From: the human T2T-CHM13v2.0 reference genome, Homo sapiens
Assembly (NCBI RefSeq): GCF_009914755.1
Contig: NC_060925.1
DNA length: 64,000 nt
Direction: 5' to 3' (one strand)
Part shown: one piece after another, positions 12,667 through 26,605 of the stretch
Layout: each line of letters begins with the position of its first letter
Numbering within the stretch: position 1 is the stretch's first letter
The notes under the pieces: model-generated
Databases searched by the model: none
What the model saw: the letters and a program-made list of their open reading frames with translations, nothing else
Told to the model about the DNA's origin: nothing
Made by a program: the position numbers and the translations under genes

Positions 12667-15600
12667 TTACTGAGAATTCTTCTGTCTAGCAGAATATGAA
12701 GAAATCCCGTTTCCAACGAAGGCCTCAAAGAGGTCTGAATATCCACTTGCAGACTTTACAAACAGAGTGTTTCCTAACTGCTCTATGAGAAGAAAAGTTA
12801 AACTCTGTGAGTTGAACGCACACATCACAAAAGATTTTCTGAGAATCATTCTGTCTAGTCTTTATATGAAGATAGTTTCCTTTTCTACCATTGACCTCAA
12901 AGCGGCTGAAATCTCCACTTGCAAATTCCACAAAAAGAGTGTTTCAAGTCTGCTCTGTGTAAAGGATCGTTCAACTCTGTGAGTTGAATACACACAACAC
13001 AAGGAAGTTACTGAGAATTCTTCTGTATAGCAGAATAGGAAGAAATCCCGTTTCCAACGAAGGCCACAAGATGTCAGAATATCCACTTACAGACTTTACA
13101 AACAGAGTGTTTCCTAACTGCTCTATGAACAGAAAGGTTAAACTCTGTGAGTTGAACGAACACATCACAACGCAGTTTGTGGGAATGATTCTGTCTAGTT
13201 TTGAAACGAAGATATTTCCTTTTCTGCCGTTGACCTTAAAGAGCTTGAAAACTACACTTGCAAATTGCACAAATAGAGTGTTTCAAATCTGCTCTGTCTA
13301 AGGGAACGTTCAACTCTGTGAGTTGAATGCACACAACACAAGGAAGTTACTGGGAATTCTTCTGTCTAGCCTTACATGAAAAAAACCCGTTTCCAACGAA
13401 GGCCTCTAAGTGGTCAAAATATCCACGTGCAGACTTTACAAACAGAGTGTTTCCAAACCGCTGAATGAAAAGAAAAGTTAAACTCTGAGAGTTGAACGCA
13501 CACATCACGCAGCAGTTTCTGAGAATGATTCTGTCTAGTTTTTATACGAAGATATTTCCTTTTCTGCCTTTGGCCCCAAAGCGCTTGAAATCTCCACTTG
13601 CAAATTCCACAAAAACAGTGTTTCAAATCTGCTCTCTCTAAATGAAAGTTCAACTCTGTGAGTTGAATACACACAACACAAGGAAGTTACTGAGAATTCT
13701 TCTGTCTAGCATAATATGAAGAAATCCCGTTTCCAACGAAGGCCTCAAAGGGGTCTGAATATCCACTTGCAGACTTTATAAACAGAGTGTTTACTAACTG
13801 CTCTATGAAAAGAAAGGTTAAACTCTGTGAGTTGAACACACACATCACAAAGGAGTTTCTGAGAATCATTCTGTCTAGTTTTTCTACGAAGATATTTCCT
13901 TTTCTACTATTGACCTCAAAGCGGCTGAAATCTCCACTTGCAAATTCCACAAAAAGAGAGTTTCAAGTCTGCTCTGTGTAAAGGATCGTTCAACTCTGTG
14001 AGTTGAATACACACAACACAAGGAAGTTACTGAGAATTCTTCTGTCTAGCAGAATATGAAGAAATCCCGTTTCCAACGAAGGCCTCAAAGAGGTCTGAAT
14101 ATCCACTTGCAGACTTTACAAACAGAGTGTTTCCTAACTGCTCTATGAAAAGAAAGGTTAAACTCTGTGAGTTGAACGCACACATCACAAAGGAGTTTCT
14201 GAGAATCGTTCTGTCTAGTTTCTATAGGAAGATATTTCCTATTCTACCATTGACCTCAAAGCGGCTGAAATCTCCACTTGCAAATTCCACAAAAAGAATG
14301 TTTCAAGTCTACTCTGTGTAAAGGATCGTTCAACTCTGTGAGTTGAATACACACAACACAAGGAAGTTACTGAGAATTCTTCTGTCTAGCATAATATGAA
14401 GAAATCCCGTTTCCAACGAAGGCCTCAAAGAGGTCTGAATATCCACTTGCAGACTTTACAAACAGAGTGTTTCCTAACTGCTCTATGAAAAGAAAAGTTA
14501 AACTCTTTGAGTTGAACGCACACATCACAAAGGAGTTTCTGAGAATCATTCTGTCTAGTCTTTATACGAAGATATTTCCTTTTCTACCATTGACCTCAAA
14601 GCGGCTGAAATCTCCACTTGCAAATTCCACAAAAAGAGTGTTTCAAGTCTGCTCTGTGTAAAGGATCGTTCAACTCTGTGAGTTGAATACACACAACACA
14701 AGGAAGTTACTGAGAATTCTTCTGTCTAGCAGAATATGAAGAAATCCCGTTTCCAACGAAGGCCTCAAGGAGGTCTGAATATCCACTTGCAGACTTTACA
14801 AACAGAGTGTTTCCTAACTGCTCTATGAACAGAAAGGTTAAACTCTGTGAGTTGAACGCACACATCACAAAGGAGTTTCTGAGGATCATTCTGTCTAGTC
14901 TTTATACGAAGATATTTACTTTTCTACCATTGACCTCAAAGCGGCTGAAATCTCCACTTGCAAATTCCACAAAAAGAGTGTTTCAAGTCTGCTCTGTGTA
15001 AAGGATCATTCAACTCTGTGAGTTGAATAAACACAACACAAGGAAGTTACTGAGAATTCTTCTGTCTAGCAGAATATGAAGAAATCCCGTTTCCAACGAA
15101 GGCCTCAAGGAGGTCTGAATATCCACTTGCAGACTTTACAAACAGAGTGTTTCCTAACTGCTCTATGAACAGAAAGGTTAAACTCTGTGAGTTGAACGCA
15201 CACATCACAAAGTAGTTCATGAGAATCATTTTGTCTAGGTTCTGTAAGAAGATATTTCCTATTCTACCATTGACCTCAAAGCGGCTGAAATCTCCACTTG
15301 CAAATTCGACAAAAAGAGTGTTTCAAGCCTGCTCTCTGTAAAGGATCCTTCAACTCTGTGAGTTGAATACACACAACACAAGGAAGTTACTGAGAATTAT
15401 TCTGTCTAGCATAATATGAAGAAATCCCGTTCCCAACGAAGGCCTCAAAGAGGTCTGAATATCCACTTGCACACTTTACAAACAGAGTGTTTCCTAACTG
15501 CTCTATGAGAAGAAAAGTTAAACTCTGTGAGTTGAACGCACACATCACAAAAGATTTTCTGAGAATCATTCTGTCTAGTCTTTATATGAAGATAGTTTCC

Positions 15601-18600
15601 TTTTCTACCATTGACCTCTAAGCGGCTGAAATCTCCACTTGCAAATTCCACAAAAAGAGTGTTTCAAGTCTGCTCTGTGTAAAGGATCGTTCAACTCTGT
15701 GAGTTGAATACACACAACACAAGGAAGTTACTGAGAATTCTTCTGTCTAGCAGAATATGAAGAAATCCCGTTTCCAACGAAGGCCACAAGATGTCAGAAT
15801 ATCCACTTACAGACTTTACAAACAGAGTGTTTCCTAACTGCTCTATGAACAGAAAGGTTAAACTCTGTGAGTTGAACGAACACATCACAACGCAGTTTGT
15901 GGGAATGATTCTGTCTAGTTTTGAAACGAAGATATTTCCTTTTCTGCCGTTGACCTTAAAGCGCTTGAAATCTACACTTGCAAATTGCACAAATAGAGTG
16001 TTTCAAATCTGCTCTGTCTAAGGGAACGTTCAACTCTGTGAGTTGAATGCACACAACACAAGGAAGTTACTGGGAATTCTTCTGTCTAGCCTTACATGAA
16101 AAAAACCCGTTTCCAACGAAGGCCTCTAAGTGGTCAAAATTTCCACGTGCAGACTTTACAAACAGAGTGTTTCCAAACCGCTGAATGAAAAGAAAAGTTA
16201 AACTCTGAGAGTTGAACGCACACATCACGCAGCAGTTTCTGAGAATGATTCTGTCTAGTTTTTATACGAAGATATTTCCTTTTCTGCCTTTGGCCCCAAA
16301 GCGCTTGAAATCTCCACTTGCAAATTCCACAAAAACAGTGTTTCAAATCTGCTCTCTCTAAATGAAAGTTCAACTCTGTCAGTTGAATACACACAACACA
16401 AGGAAGTTACTGAGAATTCTTCTGTCTAGCATAATATGAAGAAATCCCGTTTCCAACGAAGGCCTCAAAGGGGTCTGAATATCCACTTGCAGACTTTATA
16501 AACAGAGTGTTTACTAACTGCTCTATGAAAAGAAAGGTTAAACTCTGTGAGTTGAACACACACATCACAAAGGAGTTTCTGAGAATCATTCTGTCTAGTT
16601 TTTCTACGAAGATATTTCCTTTTCTACTATTGACCTCAAAGCGGCTGAAATCTCCACTTGCAAATTCCACAAAAAGAGTGTTTCAAGTCTGCTCTGTGTA
16701 AAGGATCGTTCAACTCTGTGAGTTGAATACACACAACACAAGGAAGTTACTGAGAATTATTCTGTCTAGCAGAATATGAAGAAATCCCGTTTCCAACGAA
16801 GGCCTCAAAGAGGTCTGAATATCCACTTGCAGACTTTACAAACAGAGTGTTTCCTAACTGCTCTATGAAAAGAAAGGTTAAACTCTGTGAGTTGAACGCA
16901 CACATCACAAAGGAGTTTCTGAGAATCGTTCTGTCTAGTTTCTATAGGAAGATATTTCCTATTCTACCATTGACCTCAAAGCGGCTGAAATCTCCACTTG
17001 CAAATTCCACAAAAAGAATGTTTCAAGTCTGCTCTGTGTAAACGATCGTTCAACTCTGTGAGTTGAATACACACAACACAAGGAAGTTACTGAGAATTCT
17101 TCTGTCTAGCATAATATGAAGAAATCCCGTTTCCAACGAAGGCCTCAAAGAGGTCTGAATATCCACTTGCAGACTTTACAAACAGAGTGTTTCCTAACTG
17201 CTCTATGAAAAGAAAAGTTAAACTCTGTGATTTGAACGCACACATCACAAAGGAGTTTCTGAGAATCATTCTGTCTGGTCTTTATACGAAGATATTTCCT
17301 TTTCTACCATTGACCTCAAAGCGGCTGAAATCTCCACTTGCAAATTCCACAAAAAGAGTGTTTCAAGTCTGCTCTGTGTAAAGGATCGTTCAACTCTGTG
17401 AGTTGAATACACACAACACAAGGAAGTTACTGAGAATTCTTCTGTCTAGCAGAATATGAAGAAATCCCGTTTCCAACGAAGGCCTCAAGGAGGTCTGAAT
17501 ATCCACTTGCAGACTTTACAAACAGAGTGTTTCCTAACTGCTCTATGAACAGAAAGGTTAAACTCTGTGAGTTGAACGCACACATCACAAAGGAGTTTCT
17601 GAGAATCATTCTGTCTAGTCTTTATACGAAGATATTTACTTTTCTACCATTGACCTCAAAGCGGCTGAAATCTCCACTTGCAAATTCCACAAAAAGAGTG
17701 TTTCAAGTCTGCTCTGTGTAAAGGATCATTCAACTCTGTGAGTTGAATAAACACAACACAAGGAAGTTACTGAGAATTCTTCTGTCTAGCAGAATATGAA
17801 GAAATCCCGTTTCCAACGAAGGCCTCAAGGAGGTCTGAATATCCACTTGCAGACTTTACAAACAGAGTGTTTCCTAACTGCTCTATGAACAGAAAGGTTA
17901 AACTCTGTGAGTTGAACGCACACATCACAAAGGAGTTCATGAGAATCATTTTGTCTAGGTTCTGTAAGAAGATATTTCCTATTCTACCATTGACCTCAAA
18001 GCGGCTGAAATCTCCACTTGCAAATTCGACAAAAAGAGTGTTTCAAGCCTGCTCTCTGTAAAGGATCCTTCAACTCTGTGAGTTGAATACACACAACACA
18101 AGGAAGTTACTGAGAATTATTCTGTCTAGCATAATATGAAGAAATCCCGTTTCCAACGAAGGCCTCAAAGAGGTCTGAATATCCACTTGCACACTTTACA
18201 AACAGAGTGTTTCCTAACTGCTCTATGAGAAGAAAAGTTAAACTCTGTGAGTTGAACGCACACATCACAAAAGATTTTCTGAGAATCATTCTGTCTAGTC
18301 TTTATATGAAGATAGTTTCCTTTTCTACCATTGACCTCTAAGCGGCTGAAATCTCCACTTGCAAATTCCACAAAAAGAGTGTTTCAAGTCTGCTCTGTGT
18401 AAAGGATCGTTCAACTCTGTGAGTTGAATACACACAACACAAGGAAGTTACTGAGAATTCTTCTGTCTAGCAGAATATGAAGAAATCCCGTTTCCAACGA
18501 AGGCCACAAGATGTCAGAATATCCACTTACAGACTTTACAAACAGAGTGTTTCCTAACTGCTCTATGAACAGAAAGGTTAAACTCTGTGAGTTGAACGAA

Positions 18601-21600
18601 CACATCACAACGCAGTTTGTGGGAATGATTCTGTCTAGTTTTGAAACGAAGATATTTCCTTTTCTGCCGTTGACCTTAAAGCGCTTGAAATCTACACTTG
18701 CAAATTGCACAAATAGAGTGTTTCAAATCTGCTCTGTCTAAGGGAACGTTCAACTCTGTGAGTTGAATGCACACAACACAAGGAAGTTACTGGGAATTCT
18801 TCTGTCTAGCCTTACATGAAAAAAACCCGTTTCCAACGAAGGCCTCTAAGTGGTCAAAATTTCCACGTGCAGACTTTACAAACAGAGTGTTTCCAAACCG
18901 CTGAATGAAAAGAAAAGTTAAACTCTGAGAGTTGAACGCACACATCACGCAGCAGTTTCTGAGAATGATTCTGTCTAGTTTTTATACGAAGATATTTCCT
19001 TTTCTGCCTTTGGCCCCAAAGCGCTTGAAATCTCCACTTGCAAATTCCACAAAAACAGTGTTTCAAATCTGCTCTCTCTAAATGAAAGTTCAACTCTGTC
19101 AGTTGAATACACACAACACAAGGAAGTTACTGAGAATTCTTCTGTCTAGCATAATATGAAGAAATCCCGTTTCCAACGAAGGCCTCAAAGGGGTCTGAAT
19201 ATCCACTTGCAGACTTTATAAACAGAGTGTTTACTAACTGCTCTATGAAAAGAAAGGTTAAACTCTGTGAGTTGAACACACACATCACAAAGGAGTTTCT
19301 GAGAATCATTCTGTCTAGTTTTTCTACGAAGATATTTCCTTTTCTACTATTGACCTCAAAGCGGCTGAAATCTCCACTTGCAAATTCCACAAAAAGAGTG
19401 TTTCAAGTCTGCTCTGTGTAAAGGATCGTTCAACTCTGTGAGTTGAATACACACAACACAAGGAAGTTACTGAGAATTATTCTGTCTAGCAGAATATGAA
19501 GAAATCCCGTTTCCAACGAAGGCCTCAAAGAGGTCTGAATATCCACTTGCAGACTTTACAAACAGAGTGTTTCCTAACTGCTCTATGAAAAGAAAGGTTA
19601 AACTCTGTGAGTTGAACGCACACATCACAAAGGAGTTTCTGAGAATCGTTCTGTCTAGTTTCTATAGGAAGATATTTCCTATTCTACCATTGACCTCAAA
19701 GCGGCTGAAATCTCCACTTGCAAATTCCACAAAAAGAATGTTTCAAGTCTGCTCTGTGTAAACGATCGTTCAACTCTGTGAGTTGAATACACACAACACA
19801 AGGAAGTTACTGAGAATTCTTCTGTCTAGCATAATATGAAGAAATCCCGTTTCCAACGAAGGCCTCAAAGAGGTCTGAATATCCACTTGCAGACTTTACA
19901 AACAGAGTGTTTCCTAACTGCTCTATGAAAAGAAAAGTTAAACTCTGTGATTTGAACGCACACATCACAAAGGAGTTTCTGAGAATCATTCTGTCTGGTC
20001 TTTATACGAAGATATTTCCTTTTCTACCATTGACCTCAAAGCGGCTGAAATCTCCACTTGCAAATTCCACAAAAAGAGTGTTTCAAGTCTGCTCTGTGTA
20101 AAGGATCGTTCAACTCTGTGAGTTGAATACACACAACACAAGGAAGTTACTGAGAATTCTTCTGTCTAGCAGAATATGAAGAAATCCCGTTTCCAACGAA
20201 GGCCTCAAGGAGGTCTGAATATCCACTTGCAGACTTTACAAACAGAGTGTTTCCTAACTGCTCTATGAACAGAAAGGTTAAACTCTGTGAGTTGAACGCA
20301 CACATCACAAAGGAGTTTCTGAGAATCATTCTGTCTAGTCTTTATACGAAGATATTTACTTTTCTACCATTGACCTCAAAGCGGCTGAAATCTCCACTTG
20401 CAAATTCCACAAAAAGAGTGTTTCAAGTCTGCTCTGTGTAAAGGATCATTCAACTCTGTGAGTTGAATAAACACAACACAAGGAAGTTACTGAGAATTCT
20501 TCTGTCTAGCAGAATATGAAGAAATCCCGTTTCCAACGAAGGCCTCAAGGAGGTCTGAATATCCACTTGCAGACTTTACAAACAGAGTGTTTCCTAACTG
20601 CTCTATGAACAGAAAGGTTAAACTCTGTGAGTTGAACGCACACATCACAAAGGAGTTCATGAGAATCATTTTGTCTAGGTTCTGTAAGAAGATATTTCCT
20701 ATTCTACCATTGACCTCAAAGCGGCTGAAATCTCCACTTGCAAATTCGACAAAAAGAGTGTTTCAAGCCTGCTCTCTGTAAAGGATCCTTCAACTCTGTG
20801 AGTTGAATACACACAACACTAGGAAGTTACTGAGAATTATTCTGTCTAGCATAATATGAAGAAATCCCGTTTCCAACGAAGGCCTCAAAGAGGTCTGAAT
20901 ATCCACTTGCACACTTTACAAACAGAGTGTTTCCTAACTGCTCTATGAGAAGAAAAGTTAAACTCTGTGAGTTGAACGCACACATCACAAAAGATTTTCT
21001 GAGAATCATTCTGTCTAGTCTTTATATGAAGATAGTTTCCTTTTCTACCATTGACCTCTAAGCGGCTGAAATCTCCACTTGCAAATTCCACAAAAAGAGT
21101 GTTTCAAGTCTGCTCTGTGTAAAGGATCGTTCAACTCTGTGAGTTGAATACACACAACACAAGGAAGTTACTGAGAATTCTTCTGTCTAGCAGAATATGA
21201 AGAAATCCCGTTTCCAACGAAGGCCACAAGATGTCAGAATATCCACTTACAGACTTTACAAACAGAGTGTTTCCTAACTGCTCTATGAACAGAAAGGTTA
21301 AACTCTGTGAGTTGAACGAACACATCACAACGCAGTTTGTGGGAATGATTCTGTCTAGTTTTGAAACGAAGATATTTCCTTTTCTGCCGTTGACCTTAAA
21401 GAGCTTGAAATCTACACTTGCAAATTGCACAAATAGAGTGTTTCAAATCTGCTCTGTCTAAGGGAACGTTCAACTCTGTGAGTTGAATGCACACAACACA
21501 AGGAAGTTACTGGGAATTCTTCTGTCTAGCCTTACATGAAAAAAACCCGTTTCCAACGAAGGCCTCTAAGTGGTCAAAATTTCCACGTGCAGACTTTACA

Positions 21601-22100
21601 AACAGAGTGTTTCCAAACCGCTGAATGAAAAGAAAAGTTAAACTCTGAGAGTTGAACGCACACATCACGCAGCAGTTTCTGAGAATGATTCTGTCTAGTT
21701 TTTATACGAAGATATTTCCTTTTCTGCCTTTGGCCCCAAAGCGCTTGAAATCTCCACTTGCAAATTCCACAAAAACAGTGTTTCAAATCTGCTCTCTCTA
21801 AATGAAAGTTCAACTCTGTCAGTTGAATACACACAACACAAGGAAGTTACTGAGAATTCTTCTGTCTAGCATAATATGAAGAAATCCCGTTTCCAACGAA
21901 GGCCTCAAAGGGGTCTGAATATCCACTTGCAGACTTTATAAACAGAGTGTTTACTAACTGCTCTATGAAAAGAAAGGTTAAACTCTGTGAGTTGAACACA
22001 CACATCACAAAGGAGTTTCTGAGAATCATTCTGTCTAGTTTTTCTACGAAGATATTTCCTTTTCTACTATTGACCTCAAAGCGGCTGAAATCTCCACTTG
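12667..22100 (-). repeat. Tandem run of ~3.5 canonical 16-mer HORs (2720 bp; dimers A-B-C-D-E-F-G-H)
   Basis: Dimer A starts at 12667, 15387, 18107 and 20827. The C marker ORF starts at 13414, 16134, 18854 and 21574, each exactly 2720 bp apart. Diagnostics: A gatagtttcc/aaagattttc; B ggccacaagatgtc/acgcagtttgtggg; C gccttacatg/gcctttggcccc; D aaggggtctg/tttactaac; E gaatcgttc/aaaagaatg; F agtctttatacg+tttcctttt; G atatttactttt/ggatcatt; H aattcgac/agcctgctctctg. Confidence 0.92.
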
Positions 22101-25100
22101 CAAATTCGACAAAAAGAGTGTTTCAAGCCTGCTCTCTGTAAAGGATCCTTCAACTCTGTGAGTTGAATACACACAACACAAGGAAGTTACTGAGAATTAT
22201 TCTGTCTAGCATAATATGAAGAAATCCCGTTTCCAACGAAGGCCTCAAGGAGGTCTGAATATCCACTTGCAGACTTTACAAACAGAGTGTTTCCTAACTG
22301 CTCTATGAACAGAAAGGTTAAACTCTGTGAGTTGAACGCACACATCACAAAGGAGTTTATGAGAATCATTCTGTCTAGTTTCTATAGGAAGATATTTCCT
22401 ATTCTACCATTGACCTCAAAGCGGCTGAAATCTCCACTTGCAAATTCCACAAAAAGAGTGTTTCAAGTCTGCTCTCTGTAAAGGATCGTTCAACTCTGTG
22501 AGTTGAATACACACAACACAAGGAAGTTTCTGAGAAATATTCTGTCTAGCAGAATATGAAGAAATCCCGTTTCCAACGAAGGTCTCAAAGAGGTCTGAAT
22601 ATCCACTTGCAGACTTTACAAACAGAGTGTTTCCTAACTGCTCTATGAAAAGAAAGGTTAAACTCTGTGAGTTGAACGCACACATCACAAAGGAGTTTAT
22701 GAGAATCATTCTGTCTAGTTTCTATAAGAAGAAACTTCCTATTCTACCATTGACCTGAAAGCGGCTGAAATCTCCACTTGCAAATTCGACAAAAAGAGTG
22801 TTTCAAGCCTGCTCTCTGTAAAGGATCCTTCAACTCTGTGAGTTGAATACACACAACACAAGGAAGTTACTGAGAATTATTCTGTCTAGCATAATATGAA
22901 GAAATCCCGTTTCCAACGAAGGCCTCAAAGAGGTCTGAATATCCACTTGCAGACTTTACAAACAGAGTGTTTCCTAACTGCTCTATGAGAAGAAAAGTTA
23001 AACTCTGTGAGTTGAACGCACACATCACAAAAGATTTTCTGAGAATCATTCTGTCTAGTCTTTATATGAAGATAGTTTCCTTTTCTACCATTGACCTCAA
23101 AGCGGCTGAAATCTCCACTTGCAAATTCCACAAAAAGAGTGTTTCAAGTCTGCTCTGTGTAAAGGATCGTTCAACTCTGTGAGTTGAATACACACAACAC
23201 AAGGAAGTTACTGAGAATTCTTCTGTCTAGGAGAATAGGAAGAAATCCCGTTTCCAACGAAGGCCACAAGATGTCAGAATATCCACTTACAGACTTTACA
23301 AACAGAGTGTTTCCTAACTGCTCTATGAACAGAAAGGTTAAACTCTGTGAGTTGAACGAACACATCACAACGCAGTTTGTGGGAATGATTCTGTCTAGTT
23401 TTGAAACGAAGATATTTCCTTTTCTGCCGTTGACCTTAAAGCGCTTGAAATCTACACTTGCAAATTGCACAAATAGAGTGTTTCAAATCTGCTCTGTCTA
23501 AGGGAACGTTCAGCTCTGTGAGTTGAATGCACACAACACAAGGAAGTTACTGGGAATTCTTCTGTCTAGCCTTACATGAAAAAACCCGTTTCCAACGAAG
23601 GCCTCTAAGTGGTCAAAATATACACGTGCAGACTTTACAAACAGAGTGTTTCCAAACCGCTGAATGAAAAGAAAAGTTAAACTCTGAGAGTTGAACGCAC
23701 ACATCACGCAGCAGTTTCTGAGAATGATTCTGTCTAGTTTTTATACGAAGATATTTCCTTTTCTGCCTTTGGCCCCAAAGCGCTTGAAATCTCCACTTGC
23801 AAATTCCACAAAAACAGTGTTTCAAATCTGCTCTCTCTAAATGAAAGTTCAACTCTGTCAGTTGAATACACACAACACAAGGAAGTTACTGAGAATTCTT
23901 CTGTCTAGCATAATATGAAGAAATCCCGTTTCCAACGAAGGCCTCAAAGGGGTCTGAATATCCACTTGCAGACTTTATAAACAGAGTGTTTACTAACTGC
24001 TCTATGAAAAGAAAGGTTAAACTCTGTGAGTTGAACACACACATCACAAAGGAGTTTCTGAGAATCATTCTGTCTAGTTTTTCTACGAAGATATTTCCTT
24101 TTCTACTATTGACCTGAAAGCGGCTGAAATCTCCACTTGCAAATTCCACAAAAAGAGTGTTTCAAGTCTGCTGTGTGTAAAGGATCGTTCAACTCTGTGA
24201 GTTGAATACACACAACACAAGGAAGTTACTGAGAATTCTTCTGTCTAGCAGAATATGAAGAAATCCCGTTTCCAACGAAGGCCTCAAAGAGGTCTGAATA
24301 TCCACTTGCAGACTTTACAAACAGAGTGTTTCCTAACTGCTCTATGAAAAGAAAAGTTAAACTCTGTGAGTTGAACGCACACATCACAAAGGAGTTTCTG
24401 AGAATCGTTCTGTCTAGTTTCTATAGGAAGATATTTCCTATTCTACCATTGACCTCAAAGCGGCTGAAATCTCCACTTGCAAATTCCACAAAAAGAGTGT
24501 TTCAAGTCTGCTCTCTGTAAAGGATCGTTCAACTCTGTGAGTTGAATACACACAACACAAGGAAGTTTCTGAGAAATATTCTGTCTAGCAGAATATGAAG
24601 AAATCCCGTTTCCAACGAAGGTCTCAAAGAGGTCTGAATATCCACTTGCAGACTTTACAAACAGAGTGTTTCCTAACTGCTCTATGAAAAGAAAGGTTAA
24701 ACTCTGTGAGTTGAACGCACACATCACAAAGGAGTTTATGAGAATCATTCTGTCTAGTTTCTATAAGAAGATACTTCCTATTCTACCATTGACCTGAAAG
24801 CGGCTGAAATCTCCACTTGCAAATTCGACAAAAAGAGTGTTTCAAGCCTGCTCTCTGTAAAGGATCCTTCAACTCTGTGAGTTGAATACACACAACACAA
24901 GGAAGTTACTGAGAATTCTTCTGTCTAGCATAATATGAAGAAATCCCGTTTCCAACGAAGGCCTCAAAGGGGTCTGAATATCCACTTGCAGACTTTATAA
25001 ACAGAGTGTTTACTAACTGCTCTATGAAAAGAAAGGTTAAACTCTGTGAGTTGAACACACACATCACAAAGGAGTTTCTGAGAATCATTCTGTCTAGTTT

Positions 25101-26605
25101 TTCTACGAAGATATTTCCTTTTCTACTATTGACCTCAAAGCGGCTGAAATCTCCACTTGCAAATTCCACAAAAAGAGTGTTTCAAGTCTGCTCTGTGTAA
25201 AGGATCGTTCAACTCTGTGAGTTGAATACACACAACACAAGGAAGTTACTGAGAATTATTCTGTCTAGCAGAATATGAAGAAATCCCGTTTCCAACGAAG
25301 GCCTCAAAGAGGTCTGAATATCCACTTGCAGACTTTACAAACAGAGTGTTTCCTAACTGCTCTATGAAAAGAAAGGTTAAACTCTGTGAGTTGAACGCAC
25401 ACATCACAAAGGAGTTTCTGAGAATCGTTCTGTCTAGTTTCTATAGGAAGATATTTCCTATTCTACCATTGACCTCAAAGCGGCTGAAATCTCCACTTGC
25501 AAATTCCACAAAAAGAATGTTTCAAGTCTGCTCTGTGTAAACGATCGTTCAACTCTGTGAGTTGAATACACACAACACAAGGAAGTTACTGAGAATTCTT
25601 CTGTCTAGCAGAATATGAAGAAATCCCGTTTCCAACGAAGGCCTCAAAGAGGTCTGAATATCCACTTGCAGACTTTACAAACAGAGTGTTTCCTAACTGC
25701 TCTATGAAAAGAAAAGTTAAACTCTGTGATTTGAACGCACACATCACAAAGGAGTTTCTGAGAATCATTCTGTCTGGTCTTTATACGAAGATATTTCCTT
25801 TTCTACCATTGACCTCAAAGCGGCTGAAATCTCCACTTGCAAATTCCACAAAAAGAGTGTTTCAAGTCTGCTCTGTGTAAAGGATCGTTCAACTCTGTGA
25901 GTTGAATACACACAACACAAGGAAGTTACTGAGAATTCTTCTGTCTAGCAGAATATGAAGAAATCCCGTTTCCAACGAAGGCCTCAAGGAGGTCTGAATA
26001 TCCACTTGCAGACTTTACAAACAGAGTGTTTCCTAACTGCTCTATGAACAGAAAGGTTAAACTCTGTGAGTTGAACGCACACATCACAAAGGAGTTTCTG
26101 AGAATCATTCTGTCTAGTCTTTATACGAAGATATTTACTTTTCTACCATTGACCTCAAAGCGGCTGAAATCTCCACTTGCAAATTCGACAAAAAGAGTGT
26201 TTCAAGTCTGCTCTGTGTAAAGGATCATTCAACTCTGTGAGTTGAATACACACAACACAAGGAAGTTACTGAGAATTCTTCTGTCTAGCAGAATATGAAG
26301 AAATCCCGTTTCCAACGAAGGCCTCAAGGAGGTCTGAATATCCACTTGCAGACTTTACAAACAGAGTGTTTCCTAACTGCTCTATGAACAGAAAGGTTAA
26401 ACTCTGTGAGTTGAACGCACACATCACAAAGGAGTTCATGAGAATCATTTTGTCTAGGTTCTGTAAGAAGATATTTCCTATTCTACCATTGACCTCAAAG
26501 CGGCTGAAATCTCCACTTGCAAATTCGACAAAAAGAGTGTTTCAAGCCTGCTCTCTGTAAAGGATCCTTCAACTCTGTGAGTTGAATACACACAACACAA
26601 GGAAG

